Below the pieces are notes generated by a model. It was not told the DNA's origin. It searched no databases and was given only the letters and a program-made list of their open reading frames with translations. A stretch of 32,000 bases of DNA, from NCBI GenBank assembly GCA_942493095.1, contig OW818675.1, positions 750,001 to 782,000 on the forward strand, given 5' to 3'. Shown here one piece after another: positions 9,847 to 17,096 of this stretch. This DNA comes from Candidatus Electronema halotolerans. Its GTDB lineage: Bacteria > Desulfobacterota > Desulfobulbia > Desulfobulbales > Desulfobulbaceae. Every line of letters starts with the position of its first letter. Positions within the stretch are counted from its first letter, which is position 1. The translations under genes and the position numbers were made by a program.

Positions 9847-10317
9847 TTGAACATGTCGAGAAAATTTGCAAGATCAAGAAAAGGAACAAGAGCTTTTTCA
9901 AAAAGACCTTCAGGTAAAGGGAAAAGAATAAGCATGATAGGAGCTGTAAAGTTTGGAAAAATATTGAAGTGCATGAAATTTAACGGCACCATGACAGGAG
10001 CTGTCTTTTATTTCTATATAAAAAATTATCTTTTGAAATATCTTGACAGCAGTAAGACAGTCGTTCTTGACAATGCCAGTCCTCATAAAAACAAAGAAGC
10101 TCTCGCTTTGATCAGAAGTACAGGAGCGAAGATCATTTTCCTCCCTCCTTATCGTCCTGAACTGAACCCTATTGAATACTGCTGGTCAGTAATGAAAAAC
10201 ACTATAAGAAAATTGAAGCCGAGAACAGAGCGTGAGCTGATGGAAGCTTATGATATATCTCTGAAAACGGTTAAGTCAAAATCAATCAAATCGTTTTTCC
10301 GTCATTGCTGGGTTTGA
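9847..10317 (+). CDS. IS630 transposase C-terminal half (DDE), copy 2
   Basis: DDE motifs as in copy 1. The coding frame extends 5' of the listed Met into the A-tract. Confidence 0.88.
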   Translation: MNMSRKFARSRKGTRAFSKRPSGKGKRISMIGAVKFGKILKCMKFNGTMTGAVFYFYIKNYLLKYLDSSKTVVLDNASPHKNKEALALIRSTGAKIIFLPPYRPELNPIEYCWSVMKNTIRKLKPRTERELMEAYDISLKTVKSKSIKSFFRHCWV

Positions 10318-11124
10318 TATCTGTTCAATACGAAACCGCTAAAGAGAGCTTAAAATATTATATATTTCATCTATTGAAATAGAATTTACTATAATACCAG
10401 ATGGCTTTTCAATATCTCCATTGACGTAAAACGGAACGCTGTATGTGACAACTAACTTTTTGCTCGCTTCTCCCCAAAACGGCTCTGACCAAGCCGTTTG
10501 ATTCTGACTAAAAGCATTATAAAAAAATTTAGATTTTTTAGTATCAGCCGTATAATCATAAACCATTCCTGCATCTGTAAACTCGTATGACTTTCCAGAT
10601 CGATGAAGATATGGCCCAAATAAATAAATTTTTTTGCTGTATGCATAAGGAGCATAAAGAACACCGCTTCCCAGAAAAATTTCGTTGCTGTCCAATTCAG
10701 CGGCAAGCTGTTTTTTGATATCGGAAACAGGCGGAGTTGAATTCTTTGAAAAAGCCGCAGCCATCTTTTTTGTCCGCTCTTCCACATGTGCAACAATGGC
10801 ACCAAGCTCCTGAGCGGCTTTTTTCGTTAGCGCGACAACCTTTTCTTTTTCCTTTTCCTCGGATGAATGAACAAAATCATTATATTGACGCACCGTCCGC
10901 AGCAGTGCCGCTCCGAAAATCAGATTGACTATCAGCAGAAAACGCAATGATTTTATACCAGAAAACTTCATGACAGCCTCTTCCTTGCAATCAACGGTTC
11001 GAGTTTAATCAAGATTGCTCTGACAAGGCTGTCTCTATTTTTTCAGCAAGCGATTCAGGCTTGTCCGGCATGGTTCTTTTGACAGGCGGCAACATACCGG
11101 ACAAACGACGAAAAGTCTATTGAA

Positions 11125-11706
11125 TTATGGTTGCATCATCTTTCCGCCTTGCCCTTTACCGCCCATCGCGCAAGGCTTGCTGCCATTTCCTTGGCCGTTC
11201 ATGGCGCACGGCGCGTTGCCGCCGCGCATGGACTGCATCTGGTCAAGCTGCTCCGGGGTGAGAATTTTTTTCATGGCCAGCTTGGCCTCAGTCCGCTGCA
11301 CAGCCAGCTTGCCTTTCACGGCAGAAATTTTTTCGGTCAGTTCCACAACCGCCTTCTCATCCACCGGCTCGGCGGCAAAAGCCTGATCCATCTTCAGGCG
11401 CAGGCTGTCCAATTCGGCCCGCAGCGGCAATTCCTTCTCGCGGGTGGCAAAATCAGCCTCCTTGAGCTGCTTGACCTGCTCCGCGCTCAGTCCCAAGTTC
11501 TTCACAGCCTGTGAATTCTGCCAGATGCCAAAGTGCGAACCACCACCGCGTCCGCCTTTCATGCCGCAGTCCATGCCATAGCCGCTTCCGCCGCCGCGCC
11601 CGCCTTTGCCGCCCCGGCAGGCATCTGCTGCGGAAGGAATAAGAGCTGCGGAAAGCAGGACTGCCATAAGCACGGTGCCGATTTTCTTGCCGGTTGCTGT
11701 CTTCAT
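11125..11706 (-). CDS. Spy/CpxP/ZraP-like periplasmic protein (Cys/Gly/His/Met-rich, possible metal-binding)
   Basis: Signal peptide followed by CRGGKGGRGGGSGYGMDCGMKGG, then LTXXQ-like helices 'LGLSAEQVKQLKE...MKKILTPEQLDQMQSMR', then a Cys/Met/Gly tail. Confidence 0.75.
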   Translation of the reverse strand: MKTATGKKIGTVLMAVLLSAALIPSAADACRGGKGGRGGGSGYGMDCGMKGGRGGGSHFGIWQNSQAVKNLGLSAEQVKQLKEADFATREKELPLRAELDSLRLKMDQAFAAEPVDEKAVVELTEKISAVKGKLAVQRTEAKLAMKKILTPEQLDQMQSMRGGNAPCAMNGQGNGSKPCAMGGKGQGGKMMQP

Positions 11707-11761
11707 GATGATTCTCCTTGATGTCTGTTTTGTCGGTCAATGGGAGCTGTTCCCGTTCTTT

Positions 11762-12103
11762 CTACCGGAAATGTACCCCATAGATGTAAAGATAGTTTGT
11801 CGATGGATAGACAAATTGTAAAGGTTTTGTAAAGCCGATGGCAAAGAACGGCTGCCTGTGCAACATTCTGCCGCTGGCAGCAGGCTGCCGCCACGGTCTT
11901 TCTCGGACGACAAAAGCCTTCCTGTGCTCCTTGACTTTCGGCGGATGGCTCGGCCTGTAGTGATGGACAATGCCAGGCCTGCTGGCATCCAGGGGGACGA
12001 AACGCTGCTGCGATCTGGTTCCGGGTTGGGCAAAAGCAGAGCCTGCGATGATCATTGTCATGCTCATTGTCAGTGTTGCTGCGAGTTTCCAAGTTTTCAT
12101 CAT
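11762..12103 (-). pseudogene. Decayed paralogue of the neighbouring EF-hand secreted protein
   Basis: 'MMKTWKLAATLTMSMTMIIAGSAFAQPG...QQRFVPLDAS' aligns with 'MKTWKLAAALTLSMALIAGYAVAQPG...CQQRFATLDSD' at 12478, then the downstream EF-hand reading is lost. Confidence 0.6.
11789..11834 (-). promoter_or_regulatory. Direct-repeat motif, plus-strand reading gatgtaaagatagtttgtcgat...aattgtaaaggttttgtaaag (GTAAA-N6-GTAAA)
   Basis: Very similar arrangement at ~12559-12612 upstream of the EF-hand gene. GTAAA repeats are one helical turn (11 bp) apart, as for OmpR/PhoB-type regulators. Confidence 0.45.
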
Positions 12104-12190
12104 ATCCTCCCTCGTTTTGCTGTTGTGCAGCAGCAGAGATGCAGCTGCTGCGATTTTGTCTGCTGATTGCCGCCGGAATGTGTCAATGCC

Positions 12191-12478
12191 TCAGCGTCTT
12201 GGGCAGAATTCAGCTGCTGTCAGCAGCCCGTCTCCGTCAGCATCTTTAGCAGTGAACATCTGCCTTGCTTGGTCATCACCTCTCGGATGATCAACAGACA
12301 TGAACTCCTCAAGACTGACTTGGCCATTCTTATCGGAATCCAAGGTCGCAAAACGCTGCTGACAGCCCATTCCTCGGCCCTGACCTTTACCTGGCCCGTT
12401 GCCTGGCTGGGCAACAGCATAACCTGCGATCAGAGCCATGCTCAGGGTAAGTGCGGCGGCGAGTTTCCAAGTCTTCAT
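12191..12478 (-). CDS. Secreted EF-hand domain small protein
   Basis: Signal peptide plus two EF-hand loops: 'LDSDKNGQVSLEEF' and 'KDADGDGLLTAAEF'. The listed ORF (to 12772) over-extends; M at 12478 starts the signal peptide. Confidence 0.8.
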   Translation of the reverse strand: MKTWKLAAALTLSMALIAGYAVAQPGNGPGKGQGRGMGCQQRFATLDSDKNGQVSLEEFMSVDHPRGDDQARQMFTAKDADGDGLLTAAEFCPRR

Positions 12479-12558
12479 TGCAATCTCCATGATGTAAAAT
12501 GTTATTCGAGCAAGAGGCCTGCTGCGGTTTTCTCCTTCTTCCTGACTGTAATAATACG

Positions 12559-12612
12559 CAAAGAATGTAAAGGAAGTTTGTTGATTGCGGGCGGAATTGT
12601 AAAGGTTTCGTA
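12559..12612 (-). promoter_or_regulatory. Direct-repeat motif aatgtaaaggaagtttgttgat...aattgtaaaggtttcgtaaa (GTAAA-N6-GTAAA)
   Basis: Shared with the 11789-11834 region. Lies ~80-135 bp upstream of the EF-hand gene start. Confidence 0.45.
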
Positions 12613-12811
12613 AAAACGGGCCGAAAGAAAGGCGGGACCGCCGCAGTGCGTTATCCTGCCTGCTTTGGAGCGTGAATCTGGTTACGTTCTGCTTCGGTGA
12701 GGTGTGTGCAGCTGTCCGTCTGTGTTCCTCGTTCCAAATCGTGAAAGAGGAGCCAATATCGGGTCTTGACATCTATATCCATTTCAGGAAGCCTCTGTCA
12801 ACACCTTTTCA

Positions 12812-13861
12812 TCACTCAAACATATTCACCTGCTGTGTAAGCCCGCCCGGCACCTTCCTGTCGAAATGCTCATACGCTGCCGCCGTGGCCATCCGCCCCC
12901 TTGGTGTGCGCATCAGGAAGCCGGACTGGATCAAAAACGGCTCATAGACATCCTCCAAGGTGGTCTTCTCTTCGCAGACCGCTGTGGCCAAGGTGTCCAA
13001 GCCAATCGGGCCGCCCTGAAAACGGTCAATCAGGGTGAGGAGGATGCGGCGGTCCATCTCGTCAAGGCCGAAGCGGTCAACCGCCAGCATGTTCAGGGCC
13101 TGATCCGCCACCTCAGCGCAGATCGACGCATGGCCGCCGACCTCGGAGAAGTCGCGCACCCGGCGCAGGAGGCGGTTGGCAATGCGCGGCGTGCCCCGCG
13201 AGCGGCGGCCTATCTCCAGCGCGCCATTGTCGTCAATGCCGATGCCCAAAACCCTTGCCGAGCGTTTGACAATGGTCACCAGCTCTTCAGGCGAGTAAAA
13301 TTCAAGGCGGAGGAGCACCCCGAAGCGGTCGCGCAGGGGCGGGGTGAGGAGGCCGGTGCGGGTGGTCGCGCCGACCAAGGTGAAGCGGGGCAGGTCGATC
13401 TTGACCGAGCGTGCGCCCGGCCCTTGGCCAATGACGAGGTCGAGCTGATAGTCTTCCATGGCCGGATAGAGGATTTCCTCGACCGTGTGATTGAGGCGGT
13501 GAATCTCGTCAATGAAGAGCACGTCGCCTTGTTGCAGGCTGGTGAGGATGGCGGCCAAGTCCCCGGCCCGCTCAATCACCGGGCCGGACGTGCTCTTGAT
13601 GCCCGCGCCCATCTCGTTGGCAATGATGTTGGCCAGCGTGGTCTTGCCAAGGCCGGGAAAGCCGTGGAACAGGACATGGTCCAAGGCCTCGCCGCGCTGC
13701 CGGGCTGCCTCAATGAATATCCGCAGGCTGCCCTTGACCTGCTCCTGGCCGATGTACTCGTCCAGCCGCCGGGGCCGCAGGCCAAGATCAGGCTGGATTT
13801 CCTCGTCCAGCCTGCCGCCGCTCACTAACCGCTTGCCGGTCAGCTCTTCTTCGTGCTTCAA
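12812..13861 (-). CDS. ruvB: Holliday junction branch migration DNA helicase RuvB
   Basis: '[58 protein letters not shown]', '[25 protein letters not shown]', '[18 protein letters not shown]'. Confidence 0.98.
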   Translation of the reverse strand: MKHEEELTGKRLVSGGRLDEEIQPDLGLRPRRLDEYIGQEQVKGSLRIFIEAARQRGEALDHVLFHGFPGLGKTTLANIIANEMGAGIKSTSGPVIERAGDLAAILTSLQQGDVLFIDEIHRLNHTVEEILYPAMEDYQLDLVIGQGPGARSVKIDLPRFTLVGATTRTGLLTPPLRDRFGVLLRLEFYSPEELVTIVKRSARVLGIGIDDNGALEIGRRSRGTPRIANRLLRRVRDFSEVGGHASICAEVADQALNMLAVDRFGLDEMDRRILLTLIDRFQGGPIGLDTLATAVCEEKTTLEDVYEPFLIQSGFLMRTPRGRMATAAAYEHFDRKVPGGLTQQVNMFE

Positions 13862-13935
13862 TCTGTTTCTCCTCAGCCTGTTCCTGACCGTTCCAGCAGA
13901 CGATGCCCGGAGCGCTGCTCCGGGCCTGCCGCATC

Positions 13936-14487
13936 TCAGCCGCTGAAGCTGTCCGCATAGAGCTGCTCAATGGCCGCCTTGCCCTCGTCGCTCAGGTAGC
14001 GGGTGCCGGAGCCGACATACGTGTCATAGGAAATTTTCGGTTTCTCCTCCGGCTGCCACGTGCCGTCTTTCCAAGTGAACCAGCCTGTCCGGCTCTGGTC
14101 ATAGACATGCAGAGGCCGGTTGAAGAGCTTGGCCAGCTCCACAGCCCAGCCAGTGCCGCCCTTGACTGAGTTGTCCTCCAGAATGGCGCCGATGACAAAG
14201 ACCTGATGGCCCTTGTTGACCATGTGAAAAATGGCCTGCAAGACCCGCCGGATTTTCTCGGTCTCATAGTAGGTGCGGTTCATCATCCGCGAGGCGATCT
14301 CCATGCTGATGTCGCCGCGCTGCAAGTCGTCCTCGCTCAGGGAGACCGCGTTCCGGTCGCGGTTGAGGCGGTGGCCCTCAAAGGTGAAGATCACCTCGCC
14401 CACCTCGTATTTTTCCGCCATCTCGCCGAACAGGGTTTCCGCACCCTTGAGACCGCCGTGGTACAACGTGCATTCTGCCGCCTTCAT
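13936..14487 (-). CDS. Conserved hypothetical protein, possibly SLOG/DprA-like Rossmannoid
   Basis: '[35 protein letters not shown]...[44 protein letters not shown]' resembles SLOG-type nucleotide-binding folds. Confidence 0.5.
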   Translation of the reverse strand: MKAAECTLYHGGLKGAETLFGEMAEKYEVGEVIFTFEGHRLNRDRNAVSLSEDDLQRGDISMEIASRMMNRTYYETEKIRRVLQAIFHMVNKGHQVFVIGAILEDNSVKGGTGWAVELAKLFNRPLHVYDQSRTGWFTWKDGTWQPEEKPKISYDTYVGSGTRYLSDEGKAAIEQLYADSFSG

Positions 14488-14522
14488 ATTGGATCACCTT
14501 GAGTTGAAAGTAAAAAAGATCA

Positions 14523-15539
14523 TTATTTCCGCCGCAGTGGGCAGGCGTGATTTTTTGGCTGCGCCTTGCCTGCCTTGAAGAATATCCGCCAGGGCGCAGG
14601 ATATCCCTCTATTGTACGGGCGGGATTCTTTTTGTCAATAAAATCATGATAGGATTCAAAAACCATCCAGTCTGTCCGCCGCTGCTCATCGCTGCTCATT
14701 GGGTGCTGGCAGAAGCATTCCACATCGGTGAAACCGGCCCGGAGCAGCCAGTTATGGAGGCAGGCGGCAGTGGGGACAAACCAGGTGCCCGGCACCTTGG
14801 CATACGTTTTCTCCGGGAACAGGGCTACTGACTCCTCGCCGCTGATGGCCTGCGATTCGAGCAGGAGGCAGCCGCCCGGCTTGAGGGCCATGTGCAGCTC
14901 GCGCAGGGCCTCCACAGGCGAGGGCCGGTGATAGATCACGCCCAGACAGAAAATGACATCAAAGGAGTCAGGAAAAAGGTTGAGATGCTCAATACCGAGC
15001 AGGTCAATGAAGAGATTGTCCAGCTCGGCAAAGCGGTTGAGGGCGGTGAAGGCGAAGTAATGCTGGGCATACGGTTCAAAGCCGAGCACCATTTTCGGCG
15101 AATGAGCAGCCATGCGGAACATGTAATAGCCGTTGTTGCAGCCCACATCGGCAATCACCTTGTCTTTCAGGTCAGGCATGGCAGGCAGGAGGCGGTTCCA
15201 CTTGCGCCAGCTCTGCCATTCCGCGTCAATTTCCGTGCCAAAGATGGAGAACGGCCCCTTGCGCCACGGCATCAAGGTTTTCAGAAGCTGGAAGACCTGT
15301 TCCTGCTCGCTGTCGCTGAGATCAGCCCGGCTGCCAATGCGCACCACGTCACCGCTCAAGTCAAGGCTGGAGGCCCGTAAGTGTCTGACCGCCTCCAGCG
15401 GCTCCCGGTAGCGGAGAAAACCTTTTTTCGGCTGATTGATCCAGACCTGCTTTTCCTCGTGCAGGCGGGTGATGGTGTTCTTCAGGGCAAGAGGGAGATG
15501 ATCGAGATAAGGGGGCATCTTGTTTGAGTGTTGGTGCAT
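14523..15539 (-). CDS. cmoB: tRNA (cmo5U34)/5-carboxymethoxyuridine methyltransferase CmoB
   Basis: 'WRKGPFSIFGTEIDAEWQSWRKWNRLLP', 'VIADVGCNNGYYMFRM', 'VIFCLGVIYHRPSPVEALRELHMALKPGG', 'TDWMVFESYHDFIDKKNPARTIEGYPAPWR'. Confidence 0.95.
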   Translation of the reverse strand: MHQHSNKMPPYLDHLPLALKNTITRLHEEKQVWINQPKKGFLRYREPLEAVRHLRASSLDLSGDVVRIGSRADLSDSEQEQVFQLLKTLMPWRKGPFSIFGTEIDAEWQSWRKWNRLLPAMPDLKDKVIADVGCNNGYYMFRMAAHSPKMVLGFEPYAQHYFAFTALNRFAELDNLFIDLLGIEHLNLFPDSFDVIFCLGVIYHRPSPVEALRELHMALKPGGCLLLESQAISGEESVALFPEKTYAKVPGTWFVPTAACLHNWLLRAGFTDVECFCQHPMSSDEQRRTDWMVFESYHDFIDKKNPARTIEGYPAPWRIFFKAGKAQPKNHACPLRRK

Positions 15540-15540
15540 A

Positions 15541-15568
15541 AGAAAAGCCCCGCCGCAAGCGGCAGGGC
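15541..15568 (-). terminator. Intrinsic terminator downstream of the radical SAM gene
   Basis: Minus strand: GCCCTGCCGC-TT-GCGGCGGGGC followed by TTTTCTT. One mismatch in the stem. Confidence 0.8.
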
Positions 15569-15596
15569 GTGAACAAACTTCTCAGTTTCGCATGAA

Positions 15597-17096
15597 TTAT
15601 GCTGCTGAAAGCGGGGCAAGAGTGAACAGCGAGTGATCAAATGAGACTTTTTCTGACTTGCTGCCGTTTTTTTTCAACATGTCAAGCAGGCGCAGGCCTT
15701 CCAGCCGCAGCACTGCTGGAAAAAGGGCCTTGTAGATCGGACAGGCCGAGGAGGTGACAGCCAGCGGACAGCCTCCGGCGCACCAGTATTTCCAAGCGCA
15801 GTTCTTGCAGGAAGCCTTTTCCGCAACTGAGAAATGCTGAGGCCAAGCCGCCCGCAGCAGAGTCAGCGGGTTGTCATCTTGAGCCGTTGCCAGCGGCCTG
15901 TTCATCCGCATCTGGCAGGAATGCGCCTGCCCGGCACAGTCAAAGACCACATAGCTGCTGCCCGCGCCGCAGGCGTGCTTATGGGCGGCAGACAGATCGG
16001 CCCGATCCAGCAGTGAGGCCAGCAGGCTGTGGTCGGGCAGGTCAGCTTCAATCACCTTGAAGGCGGCCTGCATGCCGCTGATGATCCGCCCCTCCTCCAG
16101 CTTGGTGGCATGAGTCGGGGCGCAGGCATTGTCCCGGCAGAAGTTGAAGCTGAAAGGCAGTTTCCGTGCCAAAAGCCACTGGGTCAGCTCTGACAGTCCG
16201 TCAACACTGTCTTTGCTGACTGTCACTGAAATATCCGGGGTCAGGCCGCAGGACAGGGCCAATTCAATTGCCTCCATTGCGGCAGCAGCAGAGTCTTTTC
16301 CGGCAGCATCGCAGCGCGGCGTGTCCCGCAGTCCGTCCAAGGAAATCATCAGGCGCAGGCCGAGCTGTTGCATTAACTCAATGATTTCCTCGGTCAGCAG
16401 GGTGCCGTTGCTGAGGATCACCCCGTCCAGCTCCAGGCCGTGCCGCCCGGCTTGGTCTTGGGCATATTGGTGCAGTTCCGCAGCAAGGGGAAAACAAAGC
16501 AGCGGCTCGCCGCCCGCATACTTGAGCTTGACCCGGCAATACTGATGCGCTGCTGCTGAACGGAAAGTTGCAGCAATGGCGGCCTTGCCCGTTGCAGGCG
16601 GCATGTCAAGCGGCTGATGGGGCCGGTAGCAGTAGGCGCAGCGCAGGTTGCATCGGTCGGTGAGATGCAGCCAGACTGAGAGGGTGTCAGGGATTTCAGC
16701 AGGCGGTTCCTGCGGGCAGGCGGCAGGGGTGAGCAGGTTGAAGGCGGTCATCTGGGCCAAGGTGTCCTGCACCGCCGCTGCGCCCCAAGTGTCTTTCCAC
16801 GCGGCAGGAATATCTGCCAACCGATGCGGGTTTTGAAAATATGCGGCCATCTCCGCTGCCGGGTGGTTGAGCAGGCCGATGGCGGAATGCCGGTTGAGGC
16901 TGATCTGATAGTCAGCGTTTAAGGGCAGGAAGACTGTGCTGCTATCCACTTGGCAGAGTGTGTCCGCAGCAGGTGGAAGTACGGCGGCAGGGAGCGGCAG
17001 GGCAAGGCTGCACGCGCAGTCACATTGGGCCTGCACGGCAGCGGCGGCAGTGCGGGTGAAAAAGACTTGCGGTGCCTGCTCGTGGTTCATGCTCAT
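15597..17096 (-). CDS. Radical SAM/SPASM-domain protein (peptide-modifying maturase type)
   Basis: rSAM 'DRCNLRCAYCYRP', SPASM-type Cys set 'CGAGSSYVVFDCAGQAHSCQ...CKNCAWKYWCAGGCPLAV...CPIY'. Start at 17096 gives an ATGA overlap with the upstream gene. Confidence 0.88.
   Translation of the reverse strand: MSMNHEQAPQVFFTRTAAAAVQAQCDCACSLALPLPAAVLPPAADTLCQVDSSTVFLPLNADYQISLNRHSAIGLLNHPAAEMAAYFQNPHRLADIPAAWKDTWGAAAVQDTLAQMTAFNLLTPAACPQEPPAEIPDTLSVWLHLTDRCNLRCAYCYRPHQPLDMPPATGKAAIAATFRSAAAHQYCRVKLKYAGGEPLLCFPLAAELHQYAQDQAGRHGLELDGVILSNGTLLTEEIIELMQQLGLRLMISLDGLRDTPRCDAAGKDSAAAAMEAIELALSCGLTPDISVTVSKDSVDGLSELTQWLLARKLPFSFNFCRDNACAPTHATKLEEGRIISGMQAAFKVIEADLPDHSLLASLLDRADLSAAHKHACGAGSSYVVFDCAGQAHSCQMRMNRPLATAQDDNPLTLLRAAWPQHFSVAEKASCKNCAWKYWCAGGCPLAVTSSACPIYKALFPAVLRLEGLRLLDMLKKNGSKSEKVSFDHSLFTLAPLSAA

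Larger units (their letters stand above)
9300..10339 (+). mobile_element. IS630-family element copy 2 (1040 bp)
   Basis: TA-GCGGTTTC...GAAACCGC-TA ends. Two-frame transposase 9384..9752 and 9847..10317. Confidence 0.92.
6782..10971 (-). pseudogene. Disrupted gene for a ~702-aa dCache sensor + pentameric ligand-gated ion channel (pLGIC/Cys-loop-like) receptor; exon-like pieces 10971..10340, 9299..7901 and 6859..6782, separated by two IS630 copies
   Basis: Joining the three pieces restores one frame: ...DEIYNILSSL|YIDLGQNGFPAATTKNGNYIYHP... and ...NIYKNKLLYI|YIGRLLYWPVVSSAFFVITAIIFYR*. N-terminus is dCache-like ('YDYTADTKKSKFFYNAFSQNQTAWSEPF...LVVTYSVPFY'). C-terminus has pLGIC hallmarks ('LPTGIYIETIKFANPNEIELTGYIWQKY', 'DYSKYPIDNSKFFLKI', TM1 'NIVPLTVVYMMLFAFIF', TM2 'MFFAIVVAHVN', TM3 'YLEYFYITTYMVLSALVV'). 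Confidence 0.72.

Noticed and set aside
12479-12772. N-terminal extension of the EF-hand ORF
   Set aside because: The extension precedes a clear signal peptide start (MKTWKLAAALTLSMALIAG) and covers the putative regulatory repeats.
12866-13828. Plus-strand 320-aa ORF
   Set aside because: Fully antisense to ruvB in a high-GC gene; no recognisable domain.
13936-14487. SLOG-like protein considered as a member of a nucleotide-signalling defence system
   Set aside because: It sits between housekeeping genes (ruvB, cmoB) with no effector partner, so only a generic function can be supported.
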